Shown one piece after another: positions 17,538-25,491 of a DNA stretch of 64,000 bases (the first letter of the stretch is position 1; each line of letters opens with the position of its first letter). The translations under genes were made by a program, and so were the position numbers. The notes below the pieces were generated by a model. That model did not search any database and had not been told where the DNA came from. It was given only the letters and a program-made list of their open reading frames with translations. Origin of the DNA: a virus (lineage: Duplodnaviria; Caudoviricetes); IMG/VR virus record IMGVR_UViG_3300028048_000055, positions 32,001 through 96,000 of that record. One strand, 5' to 3'.

Positions 17538-17547
17538 CTAAATTTTT

Positions 17548-17620
17548 GGGCTCGCATGTACCCTGGAGGCGAGCTGGCCTTGCAAGCCGGCTGAGATGGG
17601 TTCGACACCCACCGGGTCCA
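17548..17620 (+). tRNA. tRNA-Ala(TGC)
   Basis: G3:U70; loop CTTGCAA; degenerate D arm. Confidence 0.75.
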
Positions 17621-17677
17621 TGAAAATAAATTTACATTAAGGAGTTAAAATGGGAACTGATATGTAAAAATAAATAT

Positions 17678-17750
17678 GGGCTTATGGTGTAATTGGTAAC
17701 ATGTCGGCTTTGCAAGCCGAAGAGTCCGGAATCGTCCTCCGGTAGGTCCA
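17678..17750 (+). tRNA. tRNA-Ala(TGC)
   Basis: G3:U70; loop TTTGCAA. Confidence 0.78.
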
Positions 17751-17755
17751 CTAAT

Positions 17756-17830
17756 GGGGGCAAAGGTTACTTTTCGCAACTTTTGCACAAAGAGTTCCTA
17801 ACTATATTGGTTCAATTCCAATAGCCTCCA
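17756..17830 (+). ncRNA. Ala-acceptor tRNA-like RNA resembling a tmRNA tRNA-like domain
   Basis: GGGGGC/GCCTCC-A with G3:U70 and a T arm; no D stem or canonical anticodon arm. Confidence 0.5.
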
Positions 17831-17840
17831 CTAAATTTAT

Positions 17841-17915
17841 GGGGCTGTAGCTCAGTTTTGGTGGAGCGGAAGACTGAAGATCTTCGCGTCGCAGGTTCGA
17901 TTCCTGCCGGGGGCA
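17841..17915 (+). tRNA. tRNA-Phe(GAA), mismatched acceptor stem
   Basis: GAAGA-CTGAAGA-TCTTC; GGGGCTG/CGGGGGC poorly paired. Confidence 0.6.
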
Positions 17916-17922
17916 CTAATAT

Positions 17923-17997
17923 GGTTCTATCGTCTACGGAAGGCTAGGATGTAACCCTCTCAAGGTTATGAATTTGGTTCGACCCCAAATGGAACTA
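17923..17997 (+). tRNA. tRNA-Glu(CTC)
   Basis: TAACC-CTCTCAA-GGTTA. Confidence 0.82.
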
Positions 17998-18007
17998 TTA
18001 AAAATAT

Positions 18008-18081
18008 GGGACTTTAGAATATGCTGGTTAGTTCGCTGCCCTTTCAAGGCGGAAAGTCCGGATCATCGCCGGAAAGTCCTA
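18008..18081 (+). tRNA. tRNA-Glu(TTC)
   Basis: paralog of 17216; loop CTTTCAA. Confidence 0.75.
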
Positions 18082-18090
18082 CTAAAATAT

Positions 18091-18164
18091 ATCCGATTAA
18101 CTCAGTGGTTCAGAGTGACGCTTTGACTAAGCGTAAGTCATAGGTTCGAATCCTTTATTGGGTA
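18091..18164 (+). tRNA. tRNA-Val(GAC)
   Basis: ACGCT-TTGACTA-AGCGT. Confidence 0.75.
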
Positions 18165-18168
18165 CTAT

Positions 18169-18245
18169 CCATAGGCATAACGATTGGTTTTCCGTTTGCC
18201 ACTCTGATAAGGTGGAGACTGTAGGTTCAAATCCTACCCTATGGA
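18169..18245 (+). tRNA. tRNA-Ile(GAT)
   Basis: CCATAGG/CCTATGG acceptor; loop CTGATAA. Confidence 0.72.
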
Positions 18246-18254
18246 CTAAAATAT

Positions 18255-18331
18255 CGGCAACTATCTCCTCGCTCTGATAAGGCGTTGAAAGAGTAATTGG
18301 TTACATGTAGGTTCAATTCCTATGTTGCCGA
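18255..18331 (+). tRNA. rearranged tRNA-Ile(GAT)-like RNA lacking a D arm at the normal position
   Basis: CGGCAAC/GTTGCCG acceptor, CTGATAA loop, T arm; a D-like hairpin follows the anticodon arm. Confidence 0.55.
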
Positions 18332-18352
18332 CTAAATTAAATTTTAATATTT

Positions 18353-18388
18353 AAAAGGATTGACATTAGTCAATCCTTTTTCTATATT
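18353..18388 (+). terminator. fused terminator and promoter
   Basis: AAAAGGATTGAC/GTCAATCCTTTT hairpin contains TTGACA; TATATT 17 nt later. Confidence 0.7.
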
Positions 18389-18395
18389 ATAGTAT

Positions 18396-19247
18396 ATGGG
18401 AAGAATTTTTAATAAAATGTATATTGTGTCTGGTGCGGTTAAACCTACTGATATATTGGACTATTATCGTTTTCAAACAAAGAAGATGTTAGATGATATT
18501 CCTTATGGTTATACTCATCAGTTATTTGATGAAGCCATTGAAGTTGATTCTACTGGAAAGCATATTGAATATGATAAATTCCACTGTGATAATTATTGGA
18601 CCACATCAGATGAAACACAGCTTAAAGATTTAAATTGTCATCGAGTTGCAAAGATTAACGGTGTTTGGATGACACTTGATATTGATCCGTTTGAAGACGA
18701 TGTAGTTGATTACCTTGAAGGAAATGGCTATTATCAGAAACTTGGTGAATATGGTTCAGGCTGGTTTGATAAAAATCATAGACCAGAATTTAAACAAGCA
18801 ATTTTTACGAGAATTCATCAGTCATTAAAATTAGAATGGGATTTTAAACATAATTGTTATGCTGGTATTGTTCCAAATATGAAAAAAGATGAACTTACAA
18901 TTTACGCTGGTGATCGCCCTTACAATTATAAAAAACAAATTGGTAATATTAAGGTTGACGGTAAAAAAGTAATTGTAAAAGTTAATGACGACATTTATGA
19001 ATTTGAAAAAGAAACTGATCAAGGCTTTATTGATTTCGTAAAACTTTGTCTTGATGCAAAAAATAAAGTTGTCTTTGGTCGTGAAACGGGTGAAACTGAA
19101 TGGGATAAGTCAGAATGGTCAGACCGTAGGATTATGACAGAAGCACGAATGAAAGCAAGGAATGTAACTCTCGATGAATTAACTAAAGATGAGATTACAT
19201 GGAAGCAAGAAGATTTTAACAAACTTTTTAATGCATATAATGAATGA
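18396..19247 (+). CDS. hypothetical protein (apparently leaderless)
   Basis: 283-aa ORF; ATG 7 nt after the -10 box. Confidence 0.75.
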   Translation: MGRIFNKMYIVSGAVKPTDILDYYRFQTKKMLDDIPYGYTHQLFDEAIEVDSTGKHIEYDKFHCDNYWTTSDETQLKDLNCHRVAKINGVWMTLDIDPFEDDVVDYLEGNGYYQKLGEYGSGWFDKNHRPEFKQAIFTRIHQSLKLEWDFKHNCYAGIVPNMKKDELTIYAGDRPYNYKKQIGNIKVDGKKVIVKVNDDIYEFEKETDQGFIDFVKLCLDAKNKVVFGRETGETEWDKSEWSDRRIMTEARMKARNVTLDELTKDEITWKQEDFNKLFNAYNE

Positions 19248-19353
19248 GTTATTTCTTGGTGAAATAGACGCCACAGTTTAAGTAAAAGAGATTAAGTAAT
19301 AAAAATAAGGATTGACTAATGTCAATCCTTATTTAAATTTTTATAATAATTTA

Positions 19354-19848
19354 TTAATTTCCTTCTATAGAATTACAAAAGCTATTAACGAAATTTGTTG
19401 CATAATCTTTTACTTTTGCTTCAAATTCTTGACTATCTGTATCTGTTAATAACTCACCGTCTTCATCATATTCTAACAGATCGTCGATTAAACCAGCACC
19501 ATTAAGTTCAAAATTATCTATATTTGCAAGGCGTAATAATGTTACGCGCTCACGTGGACTAAGGGTTTCTTTATTTAATGCTTTTTGCATTATTCGTATA
19601 TCAGCATCCCTATCTAAATAACACAACCCACCATATGTTATATCATCAGGACCATAATTAATAAAACCTATTACTTGTTTAATTAATTCATTTCTGTCTG
19701 ATGTTACCGCCTTGACATATGCCCATTCTGGTCTTTCATGTGCACGATCGCCAGATATTTCATAAAACATATATGTTGGACTATTATTTTCTTTAATCAG
19801 CTTATAGCCAGCAGATTTAAGAGTTTTTATAGCTTCATTTAAATTCAT
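19354..19848 (-). CDS. hypothetical late protein
   Basis: TATAAATA and AGGAG upstream on the minus strand; N-terminal MNLNEAIKTLKSAGY motif. Confidence 0.75.
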   Translation of the reverse strand: MNLNEAIKTLKSAGYKLIKENNSPTYMFYEISGDRAHERPEWAYVKAVTSDRNELIKQVIGFINYGPDDITYGGLCYLDRDADIRIMQKALNKETLSPRERVTLLRLANIDNFELNGAGLIDDLLEYDEDGELLTDTDSQEFEAKVKDYATNFVNSFCNSIEGN

Positions 19849-19901
19849 TTGATGTTCTCCTTAAATTATATATTATTTATAAAAAAAATTATTTTAGGGG
19901 G

Positions 19902-19930
19902 TTTACAAGAGTTAAATAATTTACTATATT
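19902..19930 (+). promoter_or_regulatory. promoter of tRNA block 4
   Basis: TTTACA-N17-TATATT. Confidence 0.75.
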
Positions 19931-19951
19931 TAACAACGTAAATAAAACAAG

Positions 19952-20071
19952 AATAGCAAAAGCGGTTCCTATAACCAGAGGAATAGCTTAGTTGGTTAGA
20001 GCAACGCAGCAATGCGGAGGCCGTCGGTTCGAGTCCGATTTCCCCTACCATCAAGTTTACTGCTCGCTATT
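19952..20071 (+). ncRNA. UCCUAU scaffold copy 7 carrying an anticodon-less tRNA mimic (GCAA loop, ACCA end)
   Basis: AATAGC-AAA-AGCGGT-TCCTAT...TAC-TGCT-C-GCTATT enclosing tRNA-like 19977-20050. Confidence 0.8.
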
Positions 20072-20121
20072 TTTACAAAAACAGGAAAAAATTTTTTATA
20101 TATAATATAAAGGTTAAGAAA

Positions 20122-20223
20122 ATGACAAAGTTTGTAGTTGATATGCATGATGTTGATACTCGCCGCGATGGACGAGGTTTCGGCAAGCATGATAAGGATC
20201 GCTACAGACACAGGGTCATTTGA
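20122..20223 (+). CDS. attenuator leader peptide 4 (MTKFVVDMHDVDTRRDGRGFGKHDKDRYRHRVI)
   Basis: 6 Asp, 6 Arg, 3 Gly, 3 His, 3 Lys; precedes Asp/Arg/Gly/Lys/His tRNAs. Confidence 0.85.
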   Translation: MTKFVVDMHDVDTRRDGRGFGKHDKDRYRHRVI

Positions 20224-20247
20224 TATTAACTATATAAAGAGTTTATA

Positions 20248-20283
20248 AAGATGATTCCTGTGTAAAAACGGGAATCATTTTTT
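20248..20283 (+). terminator. attenuator terminator 4
   Basis: ATGATTCCTGT/ACGGGAATCAT plus T tract; ACACAGGGTCATTT (20208-20221) competes. Confidence 0.85.
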
Positions 20284-20287
20284 ATTT

Positions 20288-20358
20288 GGTCTCATCGTTT
20301 AATGGATGGACACTAGCTTGTCACGCTAGAAGTACGGGATCGTGACCCGTTGAGACCG
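20288..20358 (+). tRNA. tRNA-Asp(GTC)
   Basis: CTAGC-TTGTCAC-GCTAG. Confidence 0.8.
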
Positions 20359-20365
20359 CTAATAA

Positions 20366-20430
20366 AATAGCATAAGAAGTTCCTATTGAAAAATACAGAC
20401 TGCAAATCCGTTAATATACTTCTCGCTATT
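20366..20430 (+). ncRNA. UCCUAU scaffold copy 8 (GCA/Cys anticodon arm)
   Basis: AATAGC-ATA-AGAAGT-TCCTAT...TAC-TTCT-C-GCTATT; ACAGA-CTGCAAA-TCCGT. Confidence 0.8.
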
Positions 20431-20435
20431 AATTT

Positions 20436-20509
20436 GGTACCTTAGTTCAGTTGGTTAGAATGCCAGCCTGTCACGCTGGAGGTCACGAGATCGAAGCTCG
20501 TAGGTATCG
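20436..20509 (+). tRNA. tRNA-Asp(GTC)
   Basis: CCAGC-CTGTCAC-GCTGG. Confidence 0.85.
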
Positions 20510-20566
20510 TTAAGTCTGTTAAATTATTTTTGACAGGTTCGAAGAATAAAGAATTATATATAATAT

Positions 20567-21331
20567 ATGAATTACAGAAACATATATTATAAGATAATTG
20601 AGAAAGCAAAAAACGAGGATAAAAATGGACACAGACAGTTAGGTTATTTTGAAAAACATCATATATTACCTAAGTCATTAGGCGGTAGTAATGATAAAAA
20701 TAATTTAGTTAAACTTACAGCACGTGAACATTTTATTTGTCATTGGCTACTTGTTAAAATGTATGATAAAGGAACTGATGAAAGAAATAAAATGCTATGT
20801 GCTCTTTGGCGAATGCGTTCAAATCCATTACAAAATCATATACGGTATACTAATGCTAGAACATATGAAAATTTAAGAATAGAATATTCAAAAATTATAA
20901 GTAATCAAATGCATATTATACAAATGGGTAAAAACAATTCACAATTTGGAACTAAATGGTATACAAATAGAAATACAGGAGAAAGTAAAAAATTTAAAGA
21001 AAAACCAAAAGAAGAATATTGGATTGAAGGTAGAAATTTGTTTCATGGCGAAAGCAGTGTATTAAAAATAAAATTAATAACATTACGACATACTGAAACT
21101 AAAGTGCCGCAAAAAAATTATTTAAAATCAGTTGATGATGCACATAAATTATGGGATGAGTTTCATTCTGGAACTTATGAAAAATTAGATGACTTTGCTA
21201 AAATACACAATAAAACTAGAAGTGCAATATTTGTAAAATTTAAAAGATATATACCAGCATTTAATACAGATAAAAAACGTAGTTGCAGAAGTTATAAATC
21301 AAATAATATATTAATTGGAAAATATGAATAA
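20567..21331 (+). CDS. HNH homing endonuclease (MobE-like)
   Basis: EKHHILPKSLGGSN...NLVKLTAREHFICHWLL. Confidence 0.85.
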   Translation: MNYRNIYYKIIEKAKNEDKNGHRQLGYFEKHHILPKSLGGSNDKNNLVKLTAREHFICHWLLVKMYDKGTDERNKMLCALWRMRSNPLQNHIRYTNARTYENLRIEYSKIISNQMHIIQMGKNNSQFGTKWYTNRNTGESKKFKEKPKEEYWIEGRNLFHGESSVLKIKLITLRHTETKVPQKNYLKSVDDAHKLWDEFHSGTYEKLDDFAKIHNKTRSAIFVKFKRYIPAFNTDKKRSCRSYKSNNILIGKYE

Positions 21332-21344
21332 TAGTTTTGAATAT

Positions 21345-21419
21345 AGTCTCGTAGGCTAAGTGGATTTAAACCAGAAGACTACGAATCTTCAATTTCCAGT
21401 TCGAATCTGGACGAGACTA
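21345..21419 (+). tRNA. tRNA-Arg(ACG)
   Basis: GAAGA-CTACGAA-TCTTC. Confidence 0.82.
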
Positions 21420-21567
21420 CTAGAGTTGTCAGCTTAACAACTTTAAATAAATGAGTTCCTGGAGTTTGTAGGTAGCTTCTGCACAAAATCAAAAACCTTC
21501 ATTATGCGGTGGGAGTTTTGCTGGCTTCTCGTGTCCGACACCGGGCAGATAAAAAACCAGTATTTAT

Positions 21568-21641
21568 GCGGTAGTAGCTCAACTGGTAGAGCACCGGATT
21601 GCCATTTCGGAGGTTTGTGGGTTCGAGACCCATCTACCGCT
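21568..21641 (+). tRNA. tRNA-Gly(GCC)
   Basis: GCGGTAG/CTACCGC-U73; loop TTGCCAT. Confidence 0.88.
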
Positions 21642-21650
21642 CTAAAATTT

Positions 21651-21722
21651 GGATCTGTAACTCAGAGGAAGAGTACCTGCCTCTTAAGCAGGGAGTCGTG
21701 ATATCGTAATTCACCAGGTCCA
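21651..21722 (+). tRNA. tRNA-Lys(CTT)
   Basis: CCTGC-CTCTTAA-GCAGG; atypical T loop. Confidence 0.78.
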
Positions 21723-21737
21723 TTAAAAAATTTCATC

Positions 21738-21808
21738 CCATGTGTAGTGTAACGGTAGCACGCAAGTTTGTGGCACTTGAAGATTGGATTCGACTTCCAA
21801 CCTATGGA
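21738..21808 (+). tRNA. tRNA-His(GTG), no encoded G-1
   Basis: CAAGT-TTGTGGC-ACTTG; C at -1, A73. Confidence 0.75.
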
Positions 21809-21812
21809 TAAT

Positions 21813-21884
21813 GCGGTTATGGTGTAACTGGCAACATAATAGTCTTCCAAACTGTAGTTTCGGGATCGTACCCCGATAGCCGCT
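21813..21884 (+). tRNA. tRNA-Gly(TCC)
   Basis: GCGGTTA/TAGCCGC-U73; loop CTTCCAA. Confidence 0.82.
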
Positions 21885-21887
21885 CTA

Positions 21888-22607
21888 ATGAATTACTTAG
21901 AATTAAATGATAAAGGTAAGCTCGGAAGTGATGAGCAAAAATTGGCCGACTATTTTGGAGTCGGTCATTATACTACATTTTATAAAAAGCATTTTTTACA
22001 AAATAAAATAAAACTCACTAAGGATGATTTTATTGCAGGCGTAATTCCAGTAATGTTTTGCGCTATGAAAAAACTTAACATTGATTATAAGCATGATGAT
22101 TATCCTGAACAGCTACAAAAATATCTTCATCGTAGAATTTGGGAATCGACTCTTGGTCGTATAAAAACTAGTGTCTTTAATGATTATCTATTTGGACCTG
22201 TTTTTATTAAACCAAAAGATAAATTAAAAAAGTTTACTGGTTTTGTTTTAAATTCAAGAGATGATTGGCTTCTTACTGAAGGCGCAGGCGATAGCACGAA
22301 AATTATCTGTTCAAAACCGGTAAAATGGGTTACAGAATATCGTATTCCTGTAATTAATGGCGTCGCAAGAGATTATTGTCATTATTTTGGAAATCCAGGT
22401 ATATTTGTAGATAAGGCTGTAATTCAAAATATGATAGGTGATTGGAAAGATTCTCCAAAAGCATATTGCTTGGATGTTGGAGTCTTAGATACTGGAGAAA
22501 CTGCATTAATAGAAGTTAATGATGCATTTAGCTGCGGTAGTTACTCAATGAGTGCTGAAACCTATGGTGATTTACTGACAACAAGATGGAATGAGTTAAA
22601 AGGTTGA
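21888..22607 (+). CDS. ATP-grasp domain protein (DUF4343/R2K-like)
   Basis: VFIKP...KKFTG, EYR, LDVG...LIEVND motifs. Confidence 0.8.
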   Translation: MNYLELNDKGKLGSDEQKLADYFGVGHYTTFYKKHFLQNKIKLTKDDFIAGVIPVMFCAMKKLNIDYKHDDYPEQLQKYLHRRIWESTLGRIKTSVFNDYLFGPVFIKPKDKLKKFTGFVLNSRDDWLLTEGAGDSTKIICSKPVKWVTEYRIPVINGVARDYCHYFGNPGIFVDKAVIQNMIGDWKDSPKAYCLDVGVLDTGETALIEVNDAFSCGSYSMSAETYGDLLTTRWNELKG

Positions 22608-22638
22608 CGAAAGTCAACCTTTTTTCTATATTTAAATT

Positions 22639-22953
22639 ATGTTCAAAAAGTTGGTTAAAAAAATATTAAAAGAAAACCTACCAGTAATTGAATTTGTCGA
22701 TTATACTGGTGAATATCCATGTCTTTGTTCAGGGACATTGACTATTAAAGTTAACGGCAAAGAATATGAAATCGACCATTTGCGTTCCGGTGGACATGTT
22801 TGGTTTGATGATGATTGGGGTGATCATGTCGAGACAGGGCCGTGGCGCATTGACGAAGACGATATACCAGAAGAAATTCGGCAGTATAAGGACGAAATAG
22901 AGGATGTTGTCAATAAACACGTGCCGCATGGCTGTTGTGGTGGTTGTGTTTAA
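22639..22953 (+). CDS. hypothetical protein (GCCGGC C-terminus)
   Basis: YTGEYPCLCSG...HGCCGGCV. Confidence 0.7.
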   Translation: MFKKLVKKILKENLPVIEFVDYTGEYPCLCSGTLTIKVNGKEYEIDHLRSGGHVWFDDDWGDHVETGPWRIDEDDIPEEIRQYKDEIEDVVNKHVPHGCCGGCV

Positions 22954-23017
22954 TAGGATAAAGGTTGACGAAAGTCAATCTTTTTTCTATATTATAATAT
23001 GGAATAAAGGATTAATA

Positions 23018-23398
23018 ATGGATATTCTTAAATGTATGGGTTTATTAGCTGCATCGATTATGGTTTTCATAATTGCTGGAGGCGGAGCTGATTTACATAA
23101 GGATAGATCTACTTATGTCGAAAAGACTTATGAAAAGTCAGAACTCATTAATGCTGGTAAAGTGTTAGTGGAAATGCATACAATTATCGATGACGGTATT
23201 ACAAGACGAGTTTTAAAGTCTCAGATTCTTGTTGATTCTATTCAAGAAAGAGATGTAGAATATCTTAATTCTGCTATAAAAAATATGACCTATAATAATA
23301 TTGTTGCCAGACAGCATGAAATTGACAATAAGACGGGTAGTTATAGGGATAATATTATCATAAATCCGACTTTGGAAATGACTCCAGTAAATTATTAA
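23018..23398 (+). CDS. hypothetical exported protein
   Basis: AAGGA SD; N-terminal hydrophobic segment. Confidence 0.6.
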   Translation: MDILKCMGLLAASIMVFIIAGGGADLHKDRSTYVEKTYEKSELINAGKVLVEMHTIIDDGITRRVLKSQILVDSIQERDVEYLNSAIKNMTYNNIVARQHEIDNKTGSYRDNIIINPTLEMTPVNY

Positions 23399-23408
23399 GA
23401 GATTTAAT

Positions 23409-23852
23409 ATGAGAAGACTATTTATTATTAGAAAAGATTTACATCTTACAGGCGGTAAACTAGCCGCCATGATAGGACATTGTGCAGAATGTTATTGGAT
23501 GAACTTAATTAAATCTGCCAATCGACCGTTTAATGACGGTCCAGGTACATTAGTATCTTTTGTCATCGACGATGATGTTATGCAAAATTATATTCAAGGT
23601 ATTTTCACTAAGACCATTTGTGAAGCAAAGAACCTTAATCATTTGATGAAGGTTGTTGATATTGCTAAAAAACTTGGTCTTGTTGAAGGTACTGATTACG
23701 GTTTTATCGATGATGTATGTAAGACAGAACTTACTCCAGAATTTACCGATGAAAATGGTGTTGACCGTTGTCGTGTAGGAATCTGGTTTAAACCGTTGTC
23801 GGATGAAATCAGTCATAAGCTTAGTAAGAAATATCAATTATACAAGGGTTGA
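23409..23852 (+). CDS. peptidyl-tRNA hydrolase, Pth2 family
   Basis: IIRKDLHLTGGKLAAMIGH, IDDVCKTE and VGIWFKP motifs. Confidence 0.8.
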   Translation: MRRLFIIRKDLHLTGGKLAAMIGHCAECYWMNLIKSANRPFNDGPGTLVSFVIDDDVMQNYIQGIFTKTICEAKNLNHLMKVVDIAKKLGLVEGTDYGFIDDVCKTELTPEFTDENGVDRCRVGIWFKPLSDEISHKLSKKYQLYKG

Positions 23853-24328
23853 TTATGAAAAATGAAAGAGTATTTACTAACGGTAATGAAGTATCTAAAG
23901 CATCAATGGTTCTTTTTGACATTAATGCCCATGTAAAAGAAATTGCAAAAAAATATAAAAATTATGCAATGACTGCATTTAATGAGTTTAAAGAAGTCAT
24001 GTATATTGCTAAAACTGATAAACGGTTTAAAGTTACTAAAGGCTTAAAACTAAAGCAGTCTTTTATTGACAAGACAAAGCAGACGCTTGTATTTCATTTT
24101 CAGGATGTAGTTGATAAAGTTAATTGCGAACTTGTCATGCAACCTTATTGTCGGGATTCTGATAGTCCTGAAGCAGAACTTGATTATGGTTATCATCTTT
24201 ATCTTGAAATGGAAAAAAATAAAGAAACAACTACCTTAAGTGATCCAGCACGAGACTTTGAAGAACGATATGAAAAATATAAAAATGAATTATTGGATTC
24301 TTTAAAATACAAGAACAAAAAATCCTAA
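23849..24328 (+). CDS. hypothetical protein
   Basis: coupled ORF. Confidence 0.65.
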   Translation: MIMKNERVFTNGNEVSKASMVLFDINAHVKEIAKKYKNYAMTAFNEFKEVMYIAKTDKRFKVTKGLKLKQSFIDKTKQTLVFHFQDVVDKVNCELVMQPYCRDSDSPEAELDYGYHLYLEMEKNKETTTLSDPARDFEERYEKYKNELLDSLKYKNKKS

Positions 24329-24364
24329 AAAATTAAATTACGAAATATAGGAATTATATTCACG

Positions 24365-24946
24365 ATGTTATACGATGATTTTAAAAAGGTTCTAGATCAG
24401 CAAGGAATCGGTATAGTTGCAGATGGAATAGGAAATGCTGCTATCTATTATATTGTCAAGGCCGGCGATGGCCGTAAGGATATACATATTGATCTTGGTG
24501 GCTATTGCGATATGGAACCGTTCAAGTGGTCTGTTGATTCTGAATGGAATGTAGCGAAAAATACGAAAAACTATCATGGTCAACCGTGGGATATCATTTC
24601 CGTGAAATCTGAATATGTCGATAGCGAATTTGGTGGTGGTTATTATGATATAGATACAAAAACCTATCTTGCAGACGAAGAATATCTGAAGCAAATCATC
24701 GCGGCAAAAGACAAACTATTGTCTATATTACCGGAATTGACGGAAATGAGCAAAGCTGTTTTCGATGATGCAATGAAAGATGTCTTTAGCTTAAGTATCG
24801 AGAAAAACTACATATCAAAGAAATGGGTTGGGCATCTTACTTATAAAGGCATAAGAAAACATACAAAAAGTTGTACTAGTTTCTTCGAAGCCAAAGAAGA
24901 GCTCGATAAGCTCTATACTGAGGCTTATGCTATGGACCATTCCTAA
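24365..24946 (+). CDS. hypothetical protein
   Basis: 193-aa ORF. Confidence 0.65.
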   Translation: MLYDDFKKVLDQQGIGIVADGIGNAAIYYIVKAGDGRKDIHIDLGGYCDMEPFKWSVDSEWNVAKNTKNYHGQPWDIISVKSEYVDSEFGGGYYDIDTKTYLADEEYLKQIIAAKDKLLSILPELTEMSKAVFDDAMKDVFSLSIEKNYISKKWVGHLTYKGIRKHTKSCTSFFEAKEELDKLYTEAYAMDHS

Positions 24947-25041
24947 GTATCAATTAAATAAACCAATATTACTAGTCCAGAATATACAAAATTACGTAAT
25001 TCACCAGAATTCAAGAAATTGATTCATAATGAGGAATAAAT

Positions 25042-25272
25042 ATGGCCAATCCAAAAGAAAAATATTTTAATATTGATACTGATGAAGTTGTATGTCCATA
25101 TTGTGGTGCTGAAGTAATGGATTCATGGGAATTACCTGATTGTGATGATATTGAATGCTGGGAATGTGGAAAGAAATTTCATTATGAAAGAGAAGTAACT
25201 GTAACTTACTGGTCACATAGAATTAAAGACGATGGTAAAGTAGATTATAAAGATGAATTAATTGAACAATAA
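25042..25272 (+). CDS. small Zn-ribbon protein
   Basis: CPYC...CWEC. Confidence 0.7.
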   Translation: MANPKEKYFNIDTDEVVCPYCGAEVMDSWELPDCDDIECWECGKKFHYEREVTVTYWSHRIKDDGKVDYKDELIEQ

Positions 25273-25285
25273 TTTATTTTTAGGG

Positions 25286-25314
25286 TTTACAAACAGAAAA
25301 TAATTTACTATATT
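25286..25314 (+). promoter_or_regulatory. promoter of tRNA block 5
   Basis: TTTACA-N17-TATATT. Confidence 0.75.
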
Positions 25315-25376
25315 TAACAACGTAAAATAACAAAAAAGAAGAAAAAAATTTTATATATAATATAAAGGTTTAAAAA

Positions 25377-25463
25377 ATGAAGACTCTTAGTTTAACACTT
25401 GTCCTACTCAGTAGCCTGCTCCTCAGCTGGTTATTGCGTCGTAATATAGTGGGAACTAAGTAG
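25377..25463 (+). CDS. attenuator leader peptide 5 (MKTLSLTLVLLSSLLLSWLLRRNIVGTK)
   Basis: 10 Leu using all six codons, 4 Ser (all AGY), 1 Trp; precedes Trp/Leu/Ser(GCT) tRNAs. Confidence 0.85.
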   Translation: MKTLSLTLVLLSSLLLSWLLRRNIVGTK

Positions 25464-25491
25464 TTCGGTTTTTTAATCGTATGAATTTATA

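Noticed and set aside
17650-17667. Five-codon ORF MGTDM with a strong SD inside tRNA block 3
   Set aside because: It has no terminator or antiterminator and no codon match to nearby tRNAs, and is too short to support a call.
25377-25463. Leader 5 as a signal or membrane peptide
   Set aside because: Its Leu richness is better explained by use of all six Leu codons and the layout shared with five non-hydrophobic leaders.
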